64,000 bases of DNA from Novakomyces olei (Eukaryota): positions 124,001-188,000 of the forward strand of contig JADEYG010000004.1 in the NCBI GenBank assembly GCA_016906335.1, read 5' to 3'. A model generated the notes under the pieces. That model had not been told where the DNA came from. It did no database searches and saw nothing but the letters and a program-made list of their open reading frames with translations. The position numbers were made by a program, and so were the translations under genes. This document shows, piece after piece, positions 61,540 through 64,000 of this stretch; the first letter of the stretch is position 1, and the number at the start of each line of letters is the position of its first letter.

Positions 61540-64000
61540 ATGGATTTCAAAGATCGCGTTGTTGTCGTCACCGGCGCCGGCGGAGGATTGGGCAAAGACT
61601 ATGCACTGTTCTTTGCCTCGCGGGGCGCTAAAGTCGTAGTCAATGATTTGGCAAGTGTACATTTAGACGCGCAGACTAACAGACAAGGGCGGCTCTTTCC
61701 GGGGCGAAGGCGAATCTGTTTCTGCTGCAGACGCCGTTGTTCAAGGTAGGCTTCCGTTTGATGAGCCAGTTAATCAAGCAAAGAGATCAAAAAGGCCGGC
61801 GGAGTCGCAGTCGCAGACTACCACTCGGTCGAGGAGGGCGACAAAATTATCGAGAGTGCCGTCTCTGCCTTTGGCACTGTCCATGTCCTCATCAACAATG
61901 CCGGCATTCTGAGGGACGTTTCCTTTAAAAACATGAAAGATGCCGATTGGGAGCTTGTGCAACGTGTACACGTCAACGGCAGTTTCAAGGTACGGAATAC
62001 AATAAAACTGCTCTGCTCTTGAGACTGGTTAACCGGTCACATATATGTCTGCTTTACACACGACCTCATCGTGATATTGGTTCTGCCTTGGAAGGCGTTT
62101 TGTAGACTTATTCCTCTATTCTCTATTGTACCTATTTATGTCTTTAGTTTTTGTTGTTTTTTTTTGTGAATTTTCAATTAGTTTTTTATTTTTTAGTCTT
62201 TTAATTTTTAATTTTCGTTTTGTTATCGTTTAATTCTCATTTATTATCGTTTTATTATCGTTTTATTATCGTTTATTGATTGCCGGCCACTAACCTCAGT
62301 GTGCACGTGCTTGCTGGCCTTTGTTCCGCAAACAAAAATACGGCCGGATTGTAAACACCGCGTCTCCGAGCGGACTCTATGGATCATTTGGGCAAACAAA
62401 CTACTCTGCGGCAAAGCTCGGCATTGTGGCCTTTACCGAGTCTCTGGCAAAAGAAGGTGAAAAGTATAATATCAAGGTCAATGCCATTGCGCCCACTGCA
62501 GCTTCACGAATGACGCAGACCGTTTTGCCGGAGGACATGCTTGCCCACCTTTCCCCCAAATGGGTGACACCGCTAGTCGCGGTATTGGCACACGAATCCG
62601 TGAATGCCACAGGGGCAGTTTACGAGCTCGGGGCAGGGTTTTTTTCACGAGTGCGTTGGCAAAGAGCACGGGGAGCTCTACTGAAACCGGACGACTCCTT
62701 AACAGCAGCGGCAATTTTGGCTCAGTGGCAAAACGTGAATGATTTCACTCAGCCCGAGTACCCCACCGGCCTGGGCCAGACGGATTACTTGGGGATGCTG
62801 GAGAAGAGTGCCTCTTTCCCAGCAAACGACCAGGGCACCAGTGGCCCACTGGATTTAGCGGGCAAAGTGGCAATTGTCACAGGCGCTGGTAATGGCCTGG
62901 GCCGTGCCTATGCCCACCTCTTTGCTCGACTTGGGGCAAAAGTTGTCGTGAACGATGTAGTGGACCCCTCAGCGGTAGTGGCAGAGATCAAGGCCGGTGG
63001 GGGTACAGCGGTGGGGGACAGACATAGTGTAGCGGAGGGTCATCGTATAGTGCAAACGGCAACGGAAGCCTTTGGCGGCAGTGTGCATGTTCTTGTCAAT
63101 AATGCAGGAATATTGCGAGACAAGTCCTTTGGCAGTATGACTGACGAGCAGTGGCTGGCAATTCAGGCCGTTCATGTTGGTGGCACTTTTAGCTGCACCA
63201 AAGCCGTTTGGCCACTGTTCCTCAAACAGGGCTATGGCCGTATTGTAAACGCTTCCTCTGCCTCTGGTCTCTATGGCAATTTTGGCCAGGTTAATTATGC
63301 CACTGCCAAACTGCAGATCCTTGGATTTACTCAGGCTCTCGCTTTAGAGGGAGCCAAGTATAATATTCGTGTTAATTGTATCGCCCCTAATGCCGGCACA
63401 GCAATGACTCGGACAATAATGCCGGAAGAAATGGTGCAGGCGTTCAAGCCCGAGTATGTGGCGCCTCTCGTAGCATTGCTTGCTCATGAACGTGTGCCGT
63501 GTAATGGACACGTGTTTGAAGTGGGCTCTGGGTTTATCGCCCGGGTCAGGCTACAACGGAGTGGGGGGTACGGGTTCCCGGTGGGGGCCAGTACTGCCAC
63601 GCCGGAGCAGGTCTTTGACAAGTGGGGGGCCATCAACAATTTCGACGATGGACGGGCGTCTACTCCTTCGAGTACGCGAGAGGCGCTCATGGCGCTTTTG
63701 GACAATGCCGAAAGGACAGCAAGTCAGGTAAACCCTAACCCTGGCCATAACCCTAACCCTAACCCTAATAATTCAAACTCTGTGGTGGCCAAAGGCATGT
63801 CGCTCAAGCTGGATACCGAATACTACCAAGTGACGGAACGGGAAGTGCTGTTGTACAATCTTGGCCTCGGTGCGAAACGCACCGATCTGCAGTGGGTCTT
63901 TGAGGCCTCCTCGGGCTTCGAGGCTTTGCCCTCATTTGGTGTAATCCCCCAATGTATACTCCAGCCAAAGATCCCCTATGGAGATTTCCTGCCCAATTTC
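61540..64000 (+). CDS. FOX2: Peroxisomal multifunctional beta-oxidation enzyme Fox2/MFE-2; 3' end runs off the window
   Basis: Two SDR domains ([42 protein letters not shown]) then the hydratase start LLYNLGLGA. Introns 61651-61687 (GC-AG), 61746-61783, 61990-62299. Confidence 0.96.

Overview
This is eukaryotic fungal (ascomycete) nuclear DNA using the standard code (CUG = Leu at conserved positions). It is gene-dense, with about 27 protein genes, many split by spliceosomal introns, so the ORF track shows only fragments. Several proteins (Med20, PHD protein, Psk1, Moc3-like, Mug154) most resemble fission-yeast orthologues as I recall them, while FOX2 and MIOX are present; this suggests a non-Schizosaccharomyces Taphrinomycotina or other early-diverging ascomycete (inference). 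Gene order: MTR10, SmE, FAU1, NUR1, a small membrane protein, RAD4, a Zn2Cys6 factor, OLA1, a PPPDE peptidase, a DUF4484/DENN-like protein, MIOX, a D-2-hydroxyacid reductase, SCH9/Sck1, PER1, PCM1, RRP3, SSF1, RPT5, CLG1, RSC7, MSB3, PSK1, an accessory island, MED20, a PHD protein, QCR10 and FOX2. I found no transposon ORFs, tRNA, rRNA or CRISPR. The best leads are: (1) an AT-richer island at 53.4-54.4 kb with two tandem orphan signal-peptide + KR (Kex2-type) precursors resembling killer toxins or effectors; (2) a divergent MIOX / 2-hydroxyacid reductase pair that could be an inositol-glucuronate catabolic unit; (3) two structured non-coding candidates at 19.2-19.5 kb and 34.7-35.0 kb; (4) a micro-exon candidate at 55.1-56.0 kb; (5) splicing and translation oddities (GC-AG intron, in-frame intron, dual-start OLA1, AUGA-overlap uORFs). 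All family calls come from recognising motifs by eye; no database searches were run.
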